64,000 bases of DNA, from NCBI RefSeq assembly GCF_009914755.1, contig NC_060938.1; one strand, given 5' to 3'. Source of the stretch: the human T2T-CHM13v2.0 reference genome, Homo sapiens. Made by a program: the position numbers and the translations under genes. Below are positions 12,781-27,709 of the stretch, in pieces (position 1 is the first letter of the stretch; every line of letters starts with the position of its first letter). Below the pieces are notes generated by a model, which had not been told where the DNA came from, did not search any database, and saw nothing but the letters and a program-made list of their open reading frames with translations.

Positions 12781-14949
12781 CCATGTCCTAGGATGGCCAA
12801 CCCAAAAGTGGCAACCCAATGGCATTTCAGCTCCTTGTTTAAGCTGCTAAATATAGCAACATTTTCTCCTTGCATGCATAAGAAGTTTGCCAGGGCATGA
12901 TGAAATATGTCACTGACTCTCTCCATGCCTCAGTTTCCTCCATTTGCACCACATAAGGGTGAACTAGCTGTCCCCTCAGGCCCCTTTAAGCCTCAATGCT
13001 CCATGCCTCTAGCGAAATCCCTCAAGAAGCCAGACTTGCTTACATGAGGCAGAGGACTGAGTCCTCACCATCTGGCAGTGACTAATCCTGGAAAACCCTG
13101 GGGAAGAATTGCTCAGGAGTGAGCCAGTCCAGCCCACACAAAGGGGCCTGGAGGCTGCAGGAAGTAGGTCAGCAGCCTATGGTGGTGTTACTGGGCTTCG
13201 GCTCCTGACAGAAGCTCCTCAGCCCCTGGCTGGAGTGAGGAGGGGTCATGCCCCCCGCCACCTCACAGTCCCACTCAGACTTGCCAGGCCAGCTATTCCC
13301 ACTTGCAGCTGGGTGTCCAGGTCCTCCCTAGGGCTCCCCCAAGTGACCGCCCATCACCAGCTTTCCCTGTGAAGCCTCTGAGAGGAGCACAAAAGACGGC
13401 TGGCATCCAAAGCCAATTTCACACCACACCTCCATTACACTGTCAGTCAAGAAAGGACAGAAGTGTTCCCCACTCACCTTGTCTAAGAAAGGAACAAAAG
13501 AGCACACAGGAAGGATCCCCTTTTTGTCATCACAAGACTATACTACAATCGAGACACCCACAACCCCACCCCCACTGGAGACCCCAACGAAGCCTCACTG
13601 GCTCCTTTCAATCCTTTTCCCCCTTTCATTCTCCACCTCCCGATTTCCCCAAGTCATGAATTCACTTTCCAAGTTGCAGTGGCAGGAGAATGGAAAATGA
13701 GGATGATGATGGTGACAACCAGCTTTCCCTGAAGTCTCTCACCCAGGTGTCTTGAGCCCTGGAGACACCTGATGTCCTTCAACACCCTCAAAAAGAAGAA
13801 ACAGCAATTGCACTGAGCCAACACTGCATACGGGAGAAACATCCTTGGAGCTCCATGGGAGTACAACAAAACCCGGCACCATCTGGCGTCGTATTACCTC
13901 TGCATGCATTTGCTTCCAAGCCCCAACATCCAGGCAGCACCGGGTCTGCACTCCTCCTGTATCTGTGATCACTAAACCCAACTGATAGATCTGTTTCCAT
14001 CGGCCAAATTTTCATCTAAGATTCATCCACTTTTCCTGACAATCAAACAAATATTTATCCAACAAATTCCTGAATGAGAATTGATCTCGCTGCTTACTTA
14101 GAAAGCTAGAGGGGATGATTTTTACATGGGCTTTCTTTTTTTCCTCTGGAGAAATTAGAGAGTTGGAATAGTACAAGAGAAAGCAAATCAATGGCTATTT
14201 CCAGTGACCAGCATCTGTCTTCAGGTTTAATAGAAATGATGCCCTAAGACATATAGTCTATTTGGCCTATTCAATACAAAAACACCCATCAATATTAAAG
14301 TAGTGCAGCAGGAGGGCCTTTCCTGGTACTTTGTAAGGGTAGACAAGAGCCTCACAAGTGTTCAAAGATTCACGAGGCCCTTCTGGATAAGCAGTGACAA
14401 ACTCCATTCCATAATCAGAGAAATGAAACCATCAACCATCTCTAAAATGGCTCTGGTTCACCTGAGCATTAGGTGTGAGAGAATTAGGAATACATCACCA
14501 GAAATCTGACCTCCTTTCAGGGATAGCTAAATATGTGGCACGTATACCACCATTCTATCCCATACCCAGGGCAGACATTACTAATCAATTCAACATTGTC
14601 TTCCAATCTGCATGGATAAGACCTTATGATCCTTTTCAGCACAGCACTCCAAGTGGCTGTCACTGGTCTAGAGTTTGCATACAAGAAGAAACCAACTTGC
14701 CATCCCTGAGCTAGGCACTATTAAGCTGAATAGGTTAAAAGTTTCATGTGAGAATTAAGGACTCACATCTTAAGCAGGTCACTGGTCAGATATATAACTT
14801 CTGTTTTCCTTTCCATGAGGCAGAAACTCTATCACAACAGCTAAGACCCAAACCAAATGGTGGCCATGTTTTGTGGTTGGACTCAAGTATTGCTACGGTC
14901 ACATACTTCTGTCTTCAAAGCAAACAGAGATGCTAAGAAGGGATTTTTT

Positions 14950-15184
14950 TTTTTTTTTCAGAGATAGGGTTTCACTCTGTCACCCAGGCTAGACTAGAGT
15001 GCAGTGGTGCAATCTTGGTTCACTGCACCTGCCGCCTCCTTGGCTCAAGCAATCCTTCCTCCTCAGCATCCACGTCCCCCTACCTGCCTCCCCCAGTAGC
15101 TGGGACTACAGGTATGTGCCACCATGCCTGGCTAATTTTTAAATTTTATATAGAGATGGGGTCTCCCTATGCTGCCCAAGCTGG
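14950..15184 (-). mobile_element. 5'-truncated AluJ with 16-bp TSD
   Basis: Alu right arm plus part of the left arm; TSD taagaagggatttttt at 14934-14949 and 15185-15200. Confidence 0.88.
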
Positions 15185-17890
15185 TAAGAAGGGATTTTTT
15201 AATGATGGCTAATATTTTTTCTACTCCACCAGCTAGAAGGCATCAACCCATTCCTCCTTAAGTAATTCCTCTGTCTTTCATTGCCTGCAGCATGAAGTAA
15301 GCTTCTTAGCATTGCAAGCCTCTTTGCTGTCTGGCCACAGCTGCCTTTTTAAGATTTCTCTTCTTTTCCCACCATGGACCCCAACCCCACCATACCACAG
15401 AAAAGTATTTGCCACATCCCACACCCTCAACGCTCCTACACCCCCCACCCCCCAAAAAACCACTCTTCTTTTTGACTTGCACTTTTGCACACAAAGGTCT
15501 CTCACTATCTCTCAACTCCCATTCATGGCCAAACCTGTCAAACAGGTTGTCTACACTCCGGCTACACAAAAGTGGGCCCATCGACCACTTGCATGAGCAT
15601 CCCCTGGGGGCTGGTTAGAAATGCTCACCCCGGATCTGACCTAGGGACTGCAGTTTTAACAAGATCCCCAGGTGATTCGCATGCACAGGGTATTTTGAGA
15701 TGCACTTCTCTAAACTCACTCCCTTTCTGGGACACCCACTCAGTCTTCACTCTCTCCACACTGACTTCCCTCCTCTCTTTTCCACCAAAAAAACTCTCAT
15801 CAAAGGAGTGAATGTGTCCATGCAGATATGAATAAAAGAATAATAAACTACTACTTCCACCTTTTGCCTGTCCTGGGAACTTCTATTCATCCTCCAAGTC
15901 CAGTCCAAAAGACCTCACTTCTGTGATGCCTTCTCTACCCTCTAACGCAGATAAGGAAACCAAAGTCCTGGGAGGATGGGATATCTGCTTACAGCTCTGC
16001 AGCCACTAAGTGGAGTCCACCTGACTCCAAGCCCATGAGTGCCCTCAGCATCGCCAGTGCACTGCCTTTACGAAGTGCATCCAGAAAGATGCCCACAACC
16101 TCAGATAAAAGCCCTTTGGCCACTGTCAGGGACAGGACTCCAAGGCTGGAACCAGTAAAACAAGTCTGACTTTGCTGGTGGATGAGACCCCATGGAGGCT
16201 GCTCATAAATCAGATTCCCTTGTTTAAGTTCTTAGCCCCTGATGACTACTGCTTACCCAGGCCTCTCAATCTCCCTGAAGACCTTTCTCCATCCCCTTCC
16301 TTCAAACACACATCCCAGGCACCCATCTCTTTTGCCCTCCTTGCCTCCATGCGGAATTTTTCCTTTGGAGAACAAGGACCTCAGAGTGGAAATGTCCATC
16401 ACTGGTCTTCTCATTTCTCCAAGCCACAGCAATGCCATTTTGGCGACCCGGCTGCTCTCAAACTTCAGAGTTCAGAAGAATTACCGGGAGAGATGTTTTA
16501 AACATGCAGATTCTCAGGCCCCAAAGCTTCTAATTCCCCTGCCCTGGAGTGGGTAGGAATCTGCCTGTTTAGCTAGTGCCCTGAGGGGGCTCAGATGCAG
16601 ATGGCCCTGGACACACTTGGAGACCCTCTGCTGCCAGCGTCTCCTGGGGACTCTTGCACATCAGCAAGCTGCTCTATAATGCAGCGTGTGGAACCTCAGC
16701 CAAGTCTTCCCACCACTCTCATCCTGAGTCAGCCTTGCTCAATGAGGGCTCGAAAGCCTTTCCTGCCCACCTCATCCTTCTTCTATTATGAGGATCAAGA
16801 CCATGGGCTATGTACTACTGCTTTGTTAAGCTGGAAAACTTTAAAAGAACAAAAGGCCAAGGTTTACCACTCTTCTGCTTTGTTTTGGCACCACTAAACC
16901 TCTACGCCCATTCCCAGAAATTCTGTATTTCTTTCAACCCCATAGCCCATTGTCGACATACCCGTAAGTGTTTCAGACAGGCCTGTGATTGTTGCATGCA
17001 AAGGACATCAATCCATACTGGCCTGTATCCAGGCACAAGCTGTCTTCCCGATAGCAATTCTCCTTGCCAGAGACCTGTGGGTCTCCTGCATAAACAGGAG
17101 GTCTTAGCTTCTCTCAGCAACTTGAGACAGGCACCATATACTCTCTCCCCAAGATAAGATCTTTTAGAAGACAAAGCATTTAGATTATTTCCTTTGTAGG
17201 ATTAAAAACAAACACAAATGCCCATTCCAGTATTTGTAGGACTGATTCAACTGGAGTAGTAGGAAAGATTTAGGATACATTTAAGACACGGTTTCCATTG
17301 TTTCACTATGAAGCTTTGAGTATCTTTGCAACCTAATTAGATTGCACCTATTAAATGATGACTGGATTCAACAGCCCTAGAACAAGCATTACTTTTGATC
17401 ATTTTCTATTTTAGCGTCTATTCAACTATTTTAAGAGGAATATACCTGAGCCAAAAATCACGAGGAGGTGGCTAGCAGTAGCAAGATTGGTCCTAATTTA
17501 TTGAGGGCAGTGAGGCAGACACCATCAATTCTTTAATCTCGCCAGGAGCTCCAGTCCACGGACAGTACCACTTCTCACCATATCTCCTCTCACGTCGTCA
17601 CTGCTCATGCACCTATCTTAGATTCCACATCCAGCCTTGCACGTGTCTGCCTACCCCTCTACCCCTTTTTCCTACTTACTCAACTTCCAGTTAATACCAA
17701 CTCTTCACCTACTCTTGGCCTATACCAAGCACAGAAAAATACACCACTGTGCTGAGCAGTCGTGGTTTCAGTGGTGACCACAGATCTTGTCATTGTCCCC
17801 GTATTTCACTAGTCGAATTATTCTCCCATCTCTCTCTGTCTTTTCAAATCTCCCATATCTTATACCCCATCCTCACACTCTCCTTATTTA

Positions 17891-18234
<344 letters not shown>

Positions 18235-19329
18235 AGAATAAAACGATCGCATCTTCTCCATGCCACACCCACCCAGCTCCCCGCCTCTGTATCCCTACGC
18301 TTGTCTCCCTCCTATTACCGGGAATGAACGGTCTCAGCTCCTAACCCAAAGCCGACTGGCACCAGGATCCCTACCTCTCACCCTGAGAATTTTGCTCCTG
18401 CTGTTATTCCCTCTTGCATCGTCAATGTCTCTCTCTCTCTCTAGTAGACCATTCAGCCAGCATACAAACAAGCCATAAAAGCTCCCATCTTCCAAAGAGA
18501 TCCTTCCTGACCAAGCATCCCCCTCTGTTGAGCGTCCAATTTCTCTGCTCCTTCTTCTTTTAGCACAACTGGAAAGGGCCAGTTCTCTCCATGCCCCTCC
18601 TTTCCACACTCTCCCCTCTCCACACACTCGCCTAGCTCTCCTCCCACCTCGCTGGCTGCCCCTTCTTGGTCTTCTTTGCTGAATCCTCCTCTTCTCCCTT
18701 TCTCCCAGTTCTTCCTTTTATGTGGACTCACTTCCCCTCAATGTCTTCTATACACTTGTTATTCCCAATTTATATCTCCAGCATGAACCTCTTTCTGAAT
18801 TCCAGACTCATATATCCACTTGTCATGGTGGTTGGGAACCCGAAGAATAGAAAGTTAAAAAGACCTAAGTTAGGAAAGGATTTTGTGGGAAAATCCTCAT
18901 CCCAAGGGGTGATGAGTACCCTGCCAGCCAGGAGGGGAGCCTTCAGCTGGGGGGCTGTGGAGTCTTTATGGAGGCAGGAGGTGGAACTCACAGCAAGCAG
19001 AAAATTAGTTGAATGGCACCAGCTTTAGGAACTGCCAGGATGCACTTTGGATCATGAATAAGTAAAGAAAAGAGGTCATCACAGGTTCCAGAAGAGTGAG
19101 GACAGAGAGAAGCAACAAAGTGAGAAGAGGAAGAAGGAAGGAGACAAAGAAGACAGGATACAGAGAAGAAGGGGGCTGGAAGGAGTGGGTGAAAGAATAA
19201 GAACTCAGAAAAGAGATTTTGGTTCTTGCTTATTCAGGAGCTTAACCAGAATTCTGTCTAAACTCTTTAAAAGATGCAGAAACTCAATTGTCTCACTCAT
19301 CCCTGGGTGGGGGGGGGGATTAATGTATT

Positions 19330-19550
19330 AGTACTATTGCTACAACTTTATGAGGCGCTTCCTATGTGCTAGGCACTTTGAACACACTTCCTTATTTACC
19401 TCTTAAAACAATCTGTGACTCAGGTATTATTGTCTCCATTTTATAGACAAAGAAGCTGAAGCTCAGAACAGCTAAGTAATTTACTCAAGACAACCCAGCC
19501 AACTGCTGGCAGAGACAGGATGAAAACACGTATCTTATTCCAACCAACAT
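19330..19550 (-). mobile_element. MIR SINE
   Basis: ctatgtgctaggcacttt...ggtattattgtctccattttatagacaaagaagctgaagctcaga. Confidence 0.7.
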
Positions 19551-22500
19551 CCATGCAAGTAACCACTACACCGCTCGGCCACAGGAAACAAGCACTGGGA
19601 AAGACCCTTCCCCTGACACAGGAGGCCGAGCGGCTGATGAGCAAACTCCAGAGAGCACTGGGCTCTGACCATCCGGTGGCCTCCCCTGCCAGAGGGCTGG
19701 GGCAATAGACACATCCCCACCTGTGCTAAAGTCCTGCTTTCCTCTCCACAACCCTCCCGCCCCATCCACACTCCACACTGCCCTTGAGGGAAAAATGAGG
19801 ACCCAGAGGATGGCCTGGGGATGAGGGGGGACTGCTCATTAGCTACCCAGCCGTGGTAGCTAATCTAAGATCCGGGAATAAAGGCCCTCCCTGAATGACC
19901 CCAGGGCAAAACCAGGTCAAGGCCACTTCCAAACCCCGCCCCGACAGAGTTAAAGGCGAGGATCTAGAAAGGCTGAAAACACAAAGAAGTTAATCAGCTC
20001 CCTGAAATGAAAGGGGAGAAAAGAGACTGGATAAAGGGATCAGCTGAAGGAAGCAGCCTGGCTTGGGAGAGAACACTCCACTCAGCCACGAGTCCACAGA
20101 CTCAGGCCAGCACTGCCCCGGGGGCCAGGAGATCTTGGCGATGGCTCTCTGCTGTCTGTTTCCTTCTCTGTTAGACAAGCTCTAGGGTCTTTGCACCTGA
20201 CAGCTGAGGATAGGGCAGCACCTGTGGCCAACACAGCCTCATCTGGAGTGGGTCCAGCCAATGCTGTGACCAGCGGCTCTCTGTAGGTGCACACCCCATA
20301 GGTACCCTGGATCCACACAGATGCCCCCTCTAATTCCATGCTGCCTCTCCATCTGCCTCTTCAAGGTAAAAGGTGGATGGAGCTAGGGGGTCAGAAGGAG
20401 TCACAGGGATGGGTGAGCTAAGAGGACAAAGGAGGCGTCTCCCTCCAAGACAGGATCAGCGTGTGTGGGTGGGAGGTATACAAAACGCCATCTCTCCTCC
20501 ACAGACACCCGGGAACACTGCCTGAAACTTCCACCACTGATGTCGCTCCAGTGGCTTAAAAACCACCCTTCCAAAAATCCCCAGTTAAAATGCAAACAAC
20601 TTTCTTAAAGAGGATAGCACTATCATGGGTTCCTCACTTGATCAACTCAGACACTGTCAGAACCAGAGTGAATCTTGGAGACCACCAAGTCCAACCCCTT
20701 CTTTAGACACAGAAGGAAACCAAGCCTCTAAGAGGTAAAGTGACTTGCTCAGGGTACAGGAAGAGGTGGCGCAGAGCTAGAACTGTAACCAGGTCTCCTA
20801 AGTCTTTCTGCAGCATGGCCCTGGCCCCTGAGGGAGGTGGCCCAGGATGGGGGCGGGCAGGGGGTCTGGAATCTTGGCATCGTGCTCCGGGGCTGCTCCT
20901 TCTTCCTGTTCAGCCACCACAGCAAACAAGAGCCCCTGGGGCCTCAGCCAGCGACTGACCCCTCCCTGACCCTGCCTTCCGGAAGGATGAATGCACATCA
21001 GAAGCCAGGGCCAAAATATTCCTGGGCACTGTCTGCTGTGCACCCAGCTCTCTTTTTCCCAGCCTCTTAGGAGGGAGAAGTTTCCAAAAGGGACAGCTCC
21101 AAAGGCTTTCACAGAAGGGGAGCCTCTCTAAGAAGTGCTCCTGTGTTTGGGCAATGGAGGCAAGTCAGGAAGACAGGGGGATGGAAGAAGAAAGTAATTT
21201 TTTGAATGTCACATTTTCACCAAAATGGCATCTGGGAACTTTCAAGATCATCTGACTAATACCAGGTTGTATTCGTTATTTGCAAAGATGGAGGTGGAAT
21301 CTCCTTTGAAGTAGTACAACCAAATGATGTCTGTAGCCTTAAAATGGGGTAACAAGAGGCAAAGAAATCTGGGGAGAGGAAACGTGTCCTGCCAGGGGCT
21401 GAGGGTCTTTTTTGCTCTCCTCCTGACAGTCTCACAGCCAGCCACGTCGTGGTAGGGTCCCACAGAGCTGCCCAGCATGGGGCAGGCTGGCCAGAGCAGC
21501 TGGCTCTTTGCAACCACCCAGATTGCCTTTGCTGGGAAGCTCAGGCTCATTTGCACACTGGCATAACTCCACGTCACTGACCAGCCCATGGGCAACAGGA
21601 CTCACAGCCAGGATGGGTTCTCCCTGGGGCTGGCACGACTCTGTCACTGCACATGTGCATTTTCCTGATCCTGGGCAAGTTACTGAAACTTTCTCAACCC
21701 CAGTTCTCCAGCTATAAAATAGGAACACCCCCTACATCACAGGATTGTCACATAAGGGAAAATGAGGCTAGAGAACCTGGGGTAACGTGGAATTGACTCT
21801 CAGTGAGCCTGGTTCCCTTTCTCTCGCAATAAAAGCCGGCACCACCTGCTCCAAAGGTAAAGCCTATGGGGAAAGTCTTTCCCAGTGAGCCCTGAACAAG
21901 ACAGAGGGCCCTTCCCCACAAAGCTTCCCAGGCTTGGAGAGGCGGGTGGTCCCCATGACTCATTGGTGGTGGTGGGCTGACTCATTTGGCCAACTGTCCT
22001 TAATTTCCCTCCTCCCATTTTGGGAGTCCTGGAGCATTCGTTCCCCAAATGAGGCTTGCAGCCAGAATGAGCTGTGATTAGCACAGCAGAGACCAGAAGG
22101 ATGGTGCTGGGGGGAGGCGGGGTAAGCTGCAGAGAGTTTCCTGAAATTAAGGCAGGAGAAGCAGGGAGGCAAGGTCTTTCTCCCTGGGCCATTTAGCAGA
22201 CAGAGACTTCCTTTAGAGCCAACCTTCTCAACCTCTGCTGGGCAAAATCAACTCAGAGGACTGCCTGCAATAGCCCTAATATGGCCCTCAGAGGCAGACC
22301 TGGGGTGTTTATCACAGAGCACACCATGAAATTTCAAACCACTATGTAGGTAACATAGGTGGGTGCATAAAACAGAACATTGCCCCATTGCACTGAATGC
22401 ACAATGAACAGTGGGCCCCAGAATGCGGGCTGTACCAGATCTACATAAATATTACAATCTGAAGGCAGATGAACAAGAGGGAGTTTGCAAGGGTTGGGTG

Positions 22501-24169
22501 AGACCACGCTGTACAAGGCCCAGGTGCTGTATAGATGATGCAGAGGTGGGTAGGGTGGGAAGAGAGGTCAATGTGAAGGCTCACATCCAATTGTTTTTCC
22601 TTTCCTCAGGAGGAGGATGGATATTCTTCTGTTGTGGGTTTCAATTCCATGCTGTCAAATAACCTCTTTAGTCCAATGCTCTGCCACTTTCAGCCAGGCA
22701 TAAGCAAGACAATTGTCACTGAACATTATTGGGAGTAACATGCAATGGCACATGCACTAATGCGAACATCAGAAGGAAGACCCGGAGTCTAGTCTAGCCC
22801 TATCACTTCTGCACAGCTTTGGCCTGAGTCACTTAACCCTTCCGAGTGCTGGTCTACTCATCTGCTAAGTGGGACAATCACTTCTGACAAGGCTGCTAGG
22901 AAGATTACATTGAGAGTGCACTGGTGATTATTCAGCATGTCAGGGAGGGCCTACCACTCCGGGCCTCCACGGAGTGGATGGCTAAGATCCCCTGACTCCC
23001 AGTGCACACTCCTCACACATGGCTGCACCTCTTTCGGCCTCAGGGGCCAGCGAGGAGCCTACCGACAAGGTGAGGTGAAGAGCGAAGAGAATCAGTGATG
23101 GAAATGGAAGCCAGCAGTCAGGGCTTGCAAGCTCAGCCCTTCTCAGGTCCTCCAAGAAGTAAATCAGCTGAGGGTCAGACCCCAAGGAGCTTCACGGCCA
23201 GCAACTCAGCCTGGTTTCCTCTCTTTTCCTCGCATCACATTCAGTGACCTATCAGTCTAGATAGAGGGTGCTTTTTCAAATAAACCCTTTTCCAACTTGT
23301 CTAGGAGAACAATCATAGATTTTGATCCCAAAGTTAAATTGGCCTGTCAGATACAAAGCTTTCTGGAGCCAGCCAGCATCTCAGGATATCCCACACTCCT
23401 CCCAAATGCATTACCACCCAGCAGGTAGTGTCATCGCAGTTTCTCTGGTTTCAGAATAATAACTGGTGGGAAATGCCCATGGAATTGACACTCAGCACTT
23501 TGAAGATTTTATCAGTTGGGTAAATATCACCCAGAAGACAGGAGAAACTGGGGTTCTGTTACGACATCTACAACTAGAAGGAGTGCTGATCACTTCTTTT
23601 CCCCATAAGGTCTAGGATCCTATAACCACGACAGGATCAGAGGCAACCTGGTGGTGAAAGGTAGACAAACCCAAACTCCTTACATGCCCAGTTCAGCTGT
23701 CCTCACAATCATCCTACACATCACATGCATCCTGCTCAAGAGCTCGTGGCCAGCCTCCTCCTTCCTACAGTGCCCTAATGCCCTAGTGAATCAAGCCCCA
23801 CCACAGTGTGGACGCTCGTAACATACCTGTGACTCCCCCCAGCAGCCTGGGATCTTCCTTCCACTCCATTCACGCTCATCTCTGCTCGGGCTCCAAGCCT
23901 CCTGGGCCCATTCACACCTCTGAGCCTTTGCTCAGGTATTTCCCACTCTTGCTCTCAGTGGTCTGCCTTCTATTTGTCTACCCCAACTCTATGCCTCTTT
24001 CTATACTTCCCCCGCTACTCCAACCTGCACTGGTCCCTTTCCTGAGCCTAACTGGCACTCACATTTTGCACCAAGTTGGCACTTAATTTTAAATGGTCTT
24101 GTCTTGAATAATATGCTAACCACCTCTTTCACCTCCTCCAGAACAGAAAAGGTGCCTTACACAGTGGAG

Positions 24170-24380
24170 AAGCCTTTAGAGCCAGAAAAATCCTTGATTG
24201 GAAAAATCAGACTTTACCAGCAATCACCACTGCCTTTGTCAACTCAATCTCTCTGAGCCTCAGTTTCCATCTCTGTAAAATACGAATTGTAATCTTAATC
24301 TCAAAGGGCTGTTATATGGCTTTAACAAGTTAATATCTATAAAAAGCCTAGACTCAGTAACTAATGCATAGAAAGTAACC
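24170..24380 (+). mobile_element. MIR SINE
   Basis: ctctctgagcctcagtttccatctctgtaaaat core. Confidence 0.65.
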
Positions 24381-25479
24381 CCCAAAAGGTTATTCCAGTT
24401 CCCCTTTGTTTCTTTTATGTCTTGCAGAACCTAGCACATTATGGCAACACAAGACATTTGGTATATGTTTGATTCATTTATAAGTAGTATAAAGAAAACC
24501 AGTAACTGGAGGGTCATTATACAAAGTAGCAGCATGCGGTCAAAACACATGGATCTATTTTTCAATTACGGACAAAAAGTTGAGATCTATGGAGGGTAAA
24601 ACAGTCTACTTTAACTAAAGAAGTTTTCAGGATTACAAACTGCCAGTCTCTCTGTACTCATCACTCAGCCAAGCAGAAGTTTCAGCACAAATGTTCATGC
24701 TGGCAATTCATACTACATTCTTTCTTACATAAGTTGTCTCCATCCCCAAACTCCATAATATGTATGGTCCACAGAAAGTTCACTTCACGTGCTAAATGTG
24801 GTACAATCCTTGCTACTTCTTTAAATCAAACACAGAGCAAAATTTTTCTGGAGTTCTTTTTAAAATTATTTAGAAAGAATGCCGATCACTTCTTTTCTGA
24901 AGCAGAATTTTTGTCATTTATCTATATATGTAACATATATAAATATAATTGTATATATAATTAAATTCGTCTTCTAATAAGACCTTTCCTCCCCAGATTG
25001 GAGACAACATAGTAGACAACCATGAATATTAGTGAGGTCATTCAACCAAAATCATGCTGAGAATAATATCCAAGTCCTGTGAGCAATTATGAAATCCATG
25101 CACCAAAGATGATGTTGGATGTGGTGGTGTCCAGTGAGATGAAAACTGGAGTGGAATTCAGATGGAGTTTCAGCAGAACCATTTTCACCTGGTGGCCTTT
25201 TGGCCTTACTGTTCTTACAGTTTCTTCTCACTGTCTCTTTTTCACATACTTGGCATTTCTCTGGAGGAAAATGTGTCTTGCCACTGCATTCACTTTTCAG
25301 CTCGTGGCTCATGCTACCAAAACAATGGAAGTCAACAAAAGGCTTGAGACATTGCTTCAGTGTGAATATAAACAAGCCTAGAAATGTAATTTTAGTTAGT
25401 GATCAGAATACATATCCGTGAAACTAATCTTCTCCACGTCTCCCCACTTCCTGGTGGTGAGTTAGGCACCAACTCTTCC

Positions 25480-27250
25480 AGGTCATCTAGCTATAATGTA
25501 AAACATTACAGAACTAAATGGGGACCCCAAGAGGTCATCTAACCCATGCCCCCAACTCTATGCAAGAGAAATGCTTGGCTATCAGTGAGTTCCGCATCAG
25601 CCTCGACAGTCTAAAATGCTTGGTGTCAAAAGAACTGCTTGTCTATTTGTTTTAGGCACCAAGGTGTTTCTCCTGTGCTCCCTGGAGACCAAATGTAACT
25701 GGTCAGTGCCTTTATCTCAGTGATACACATAACAACAGCTATTAAGTGACCCCTAATTCTTTTCCCCAAGTTAAACAACCCCAAATCCACAAACCTTTCC
25801 TTAAAGGGCTTATTGTTCATCCTGTTAAACATATTGTTAATAAGCTTTTCTGTACTTTTTGGATTTCCCACAGTCTTTTTCCGCTAATTCAAACACAGTG
25901 GTGTCAAATATTAAATAGAGCTGAAGCATTGCTTCCCAGACCTTCCACATCATTCCTAGTTTAACGCAGCTTGGTTATCATGCTTTCTTAAAAATAAACA
26001 ACACAATACTCCTCCAGCTTGTGATCCACTACGACTTCCAGATCTATCTCAGCTATAATTGTGCCTTGCCAGGTGATGGCCAATAATACAATCAACATAA
26101 TCCAGTCAAGCAGATTGATGCTAAACCATTGATGACCACTGTCATCACCTCTCAAAAAAGTATTTCCTAGTCTGGTGTAAAGAAAGATCAGGTAACCAAA
26201 CGATGTGTGTCGTTCACACAATGTTTAATAAAATACAAAGCATAGCATTTTCTAACTTTTAGTTTGAAGACTCTTTCTCCTCCTGGTCTATGCCTGAAAA
26301 CTAACTTCTGGGTGACTTCATATGTGATCACAGGGTAGAACTTGGAGAAAATGAAACAGATATTTAACCTGCTTATCCCAAACACTGCCCCTTTTCAGGA
26401 AACTTGGAGGTAACTGGGGTAACTTAGCAATAAACCCCGCTGAAAGTTATCCTGAGGTCTGAAAGTCACTGATCCTCTCAGCACAATGGAGTATCCACTA
26501 ACAATGGCTAAAGAGCATCTCTTCAATAAACTTAGCTTGACTACTACCACCTATCATGACTAGCTCATCGACCACCCTTCAGGATCATTTCATGTGCAAC
26601 TAGTAAGAAGGTTTCAATTCAGTAGTAGGTCTGGCATCAGTAATCTTCTCCACCATCCAAGGAAGAACATGTTATCTTACTGGTTGTTTTGGGAGGTGAA
26701 GTAAGAAGTTGGGAAAGTGTGATTCTGAATATGAAGAATCTGAGTACTTAGGAAGAAATATATCTCAGCAACATCCTCAACATTCCATAATTAACCACTT
26801 TAAGGAGCCACAGCCATTAAAGAATCTGTGCTGACCCCAAAGAGACCATTTCTCTAATGGCAACAACTCCACATCTCCCAAGTTGGGCCCCACTCATTGT
26901 CTCCTATCATTTGTCTCATACAGATGAAACTCTACCATCTATGTTCACTTAACTCATAAGACCCAAGTTGCTAGAGATGAATAATATTAGTCATGATGTC
27001 CACAATGGAGAGTCGCTGTTATGCATTGCTGGATTATTCATAGACACTTCTGGTAAACATGGCACTACTGCAGTTTGGACTCTGTACCAAAACTAGAAAA
27101 ACTAGTAAACAGCTTTCCAAAATCTTGTGGTGAGATTTTTCTGGCTGTGAAACATTTGTTGCATTTGGCCATGAAATAGTTTACAGTACTGATCATGAAA
27201 TGCATCAGTAGCCTTTCACCTGGTAATGTGAAATTCTCTTTCCATAGTCC
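25480..27250 (-). mobile_element. Ancient CR1/L3 LINE relic including ORF2 (RT and C-terminus) remnants
   Basis: Minus-strand translations retain CR1 motifs in order: QDFGKLFTS (~LDFSKAFD), KVRKCYALYF (~NKxKCKVLHL), EIDLEVVVDHKL (~EKDLGVLVDxKL), KPFKERFVDLGLFNLGKRIRGHLIAV (~[25 protein letters not shown]). Limits approximate. Confidence 0.75.
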
Positions 27251-27325
27251 TGAAGCTTAGAAAATGCCCTATTACCACCACCACCACCACCCCCAACTGA
27301 GCAGTGCAATACTCTCATTTCTAAA

Positions 27326-27545
27326 TTAGGGATCAGCAAACTATGTCTTGTGGGCCAAATCTGGCCAACTGCTTATTTTTGTAAATAAAGTTTTATTGGA
27401 ACACAGCCATGCCCATTCCTGTACATATCCTCTACAGCTGTTTTCATGCTTCACCCAGAGCTGAGTAGTTGTGACAGATGTTTGCCTTACAAAGCCTTAA
27501 ATATTTACTATCTGGTGTGTTACAGGAGAAATTTGCTGATCCCCA
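27326..27545. mobile_element. MER58A (hAT-Charlie) DNA transposon
   Basis: gggatcagcaaacta...tgggccaaatctggcc...gtaaataaagttttattggaacacagccatgccc...aaatttgctgatcccc. Confidence 0.85.
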
Positions 27546-27709
27546 TTATAAATGATAAGGCAAAAAAATTTCTTATTCAGAATAACCTCCTCTCCAACCC
27601 AACAAAAGAAAACAAAACCAGAAAACAACCATGACCCCAGCGAGTAGTGTTCGCATACTTAAAAGCCAGCCTAACTCTCTTACAAAGTATACTCTGAAAT
27701 AAGATGCAT

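Noticed and set aside
12847-12856. Consensus MEF2 site CTAAATATAG
   Set aside because: An isolated AT-rich 10-mer is expected by chance in 64 kb, although DPF3 is a known MEF2 target through its promoter.
21263-21337. 75-nt exon-like segment on the minus strand (ttttaag|...CTG|gtatta)
   Set aside because: Weak donor, stop codon in the required phase, and no accompanying regulatory architecture.
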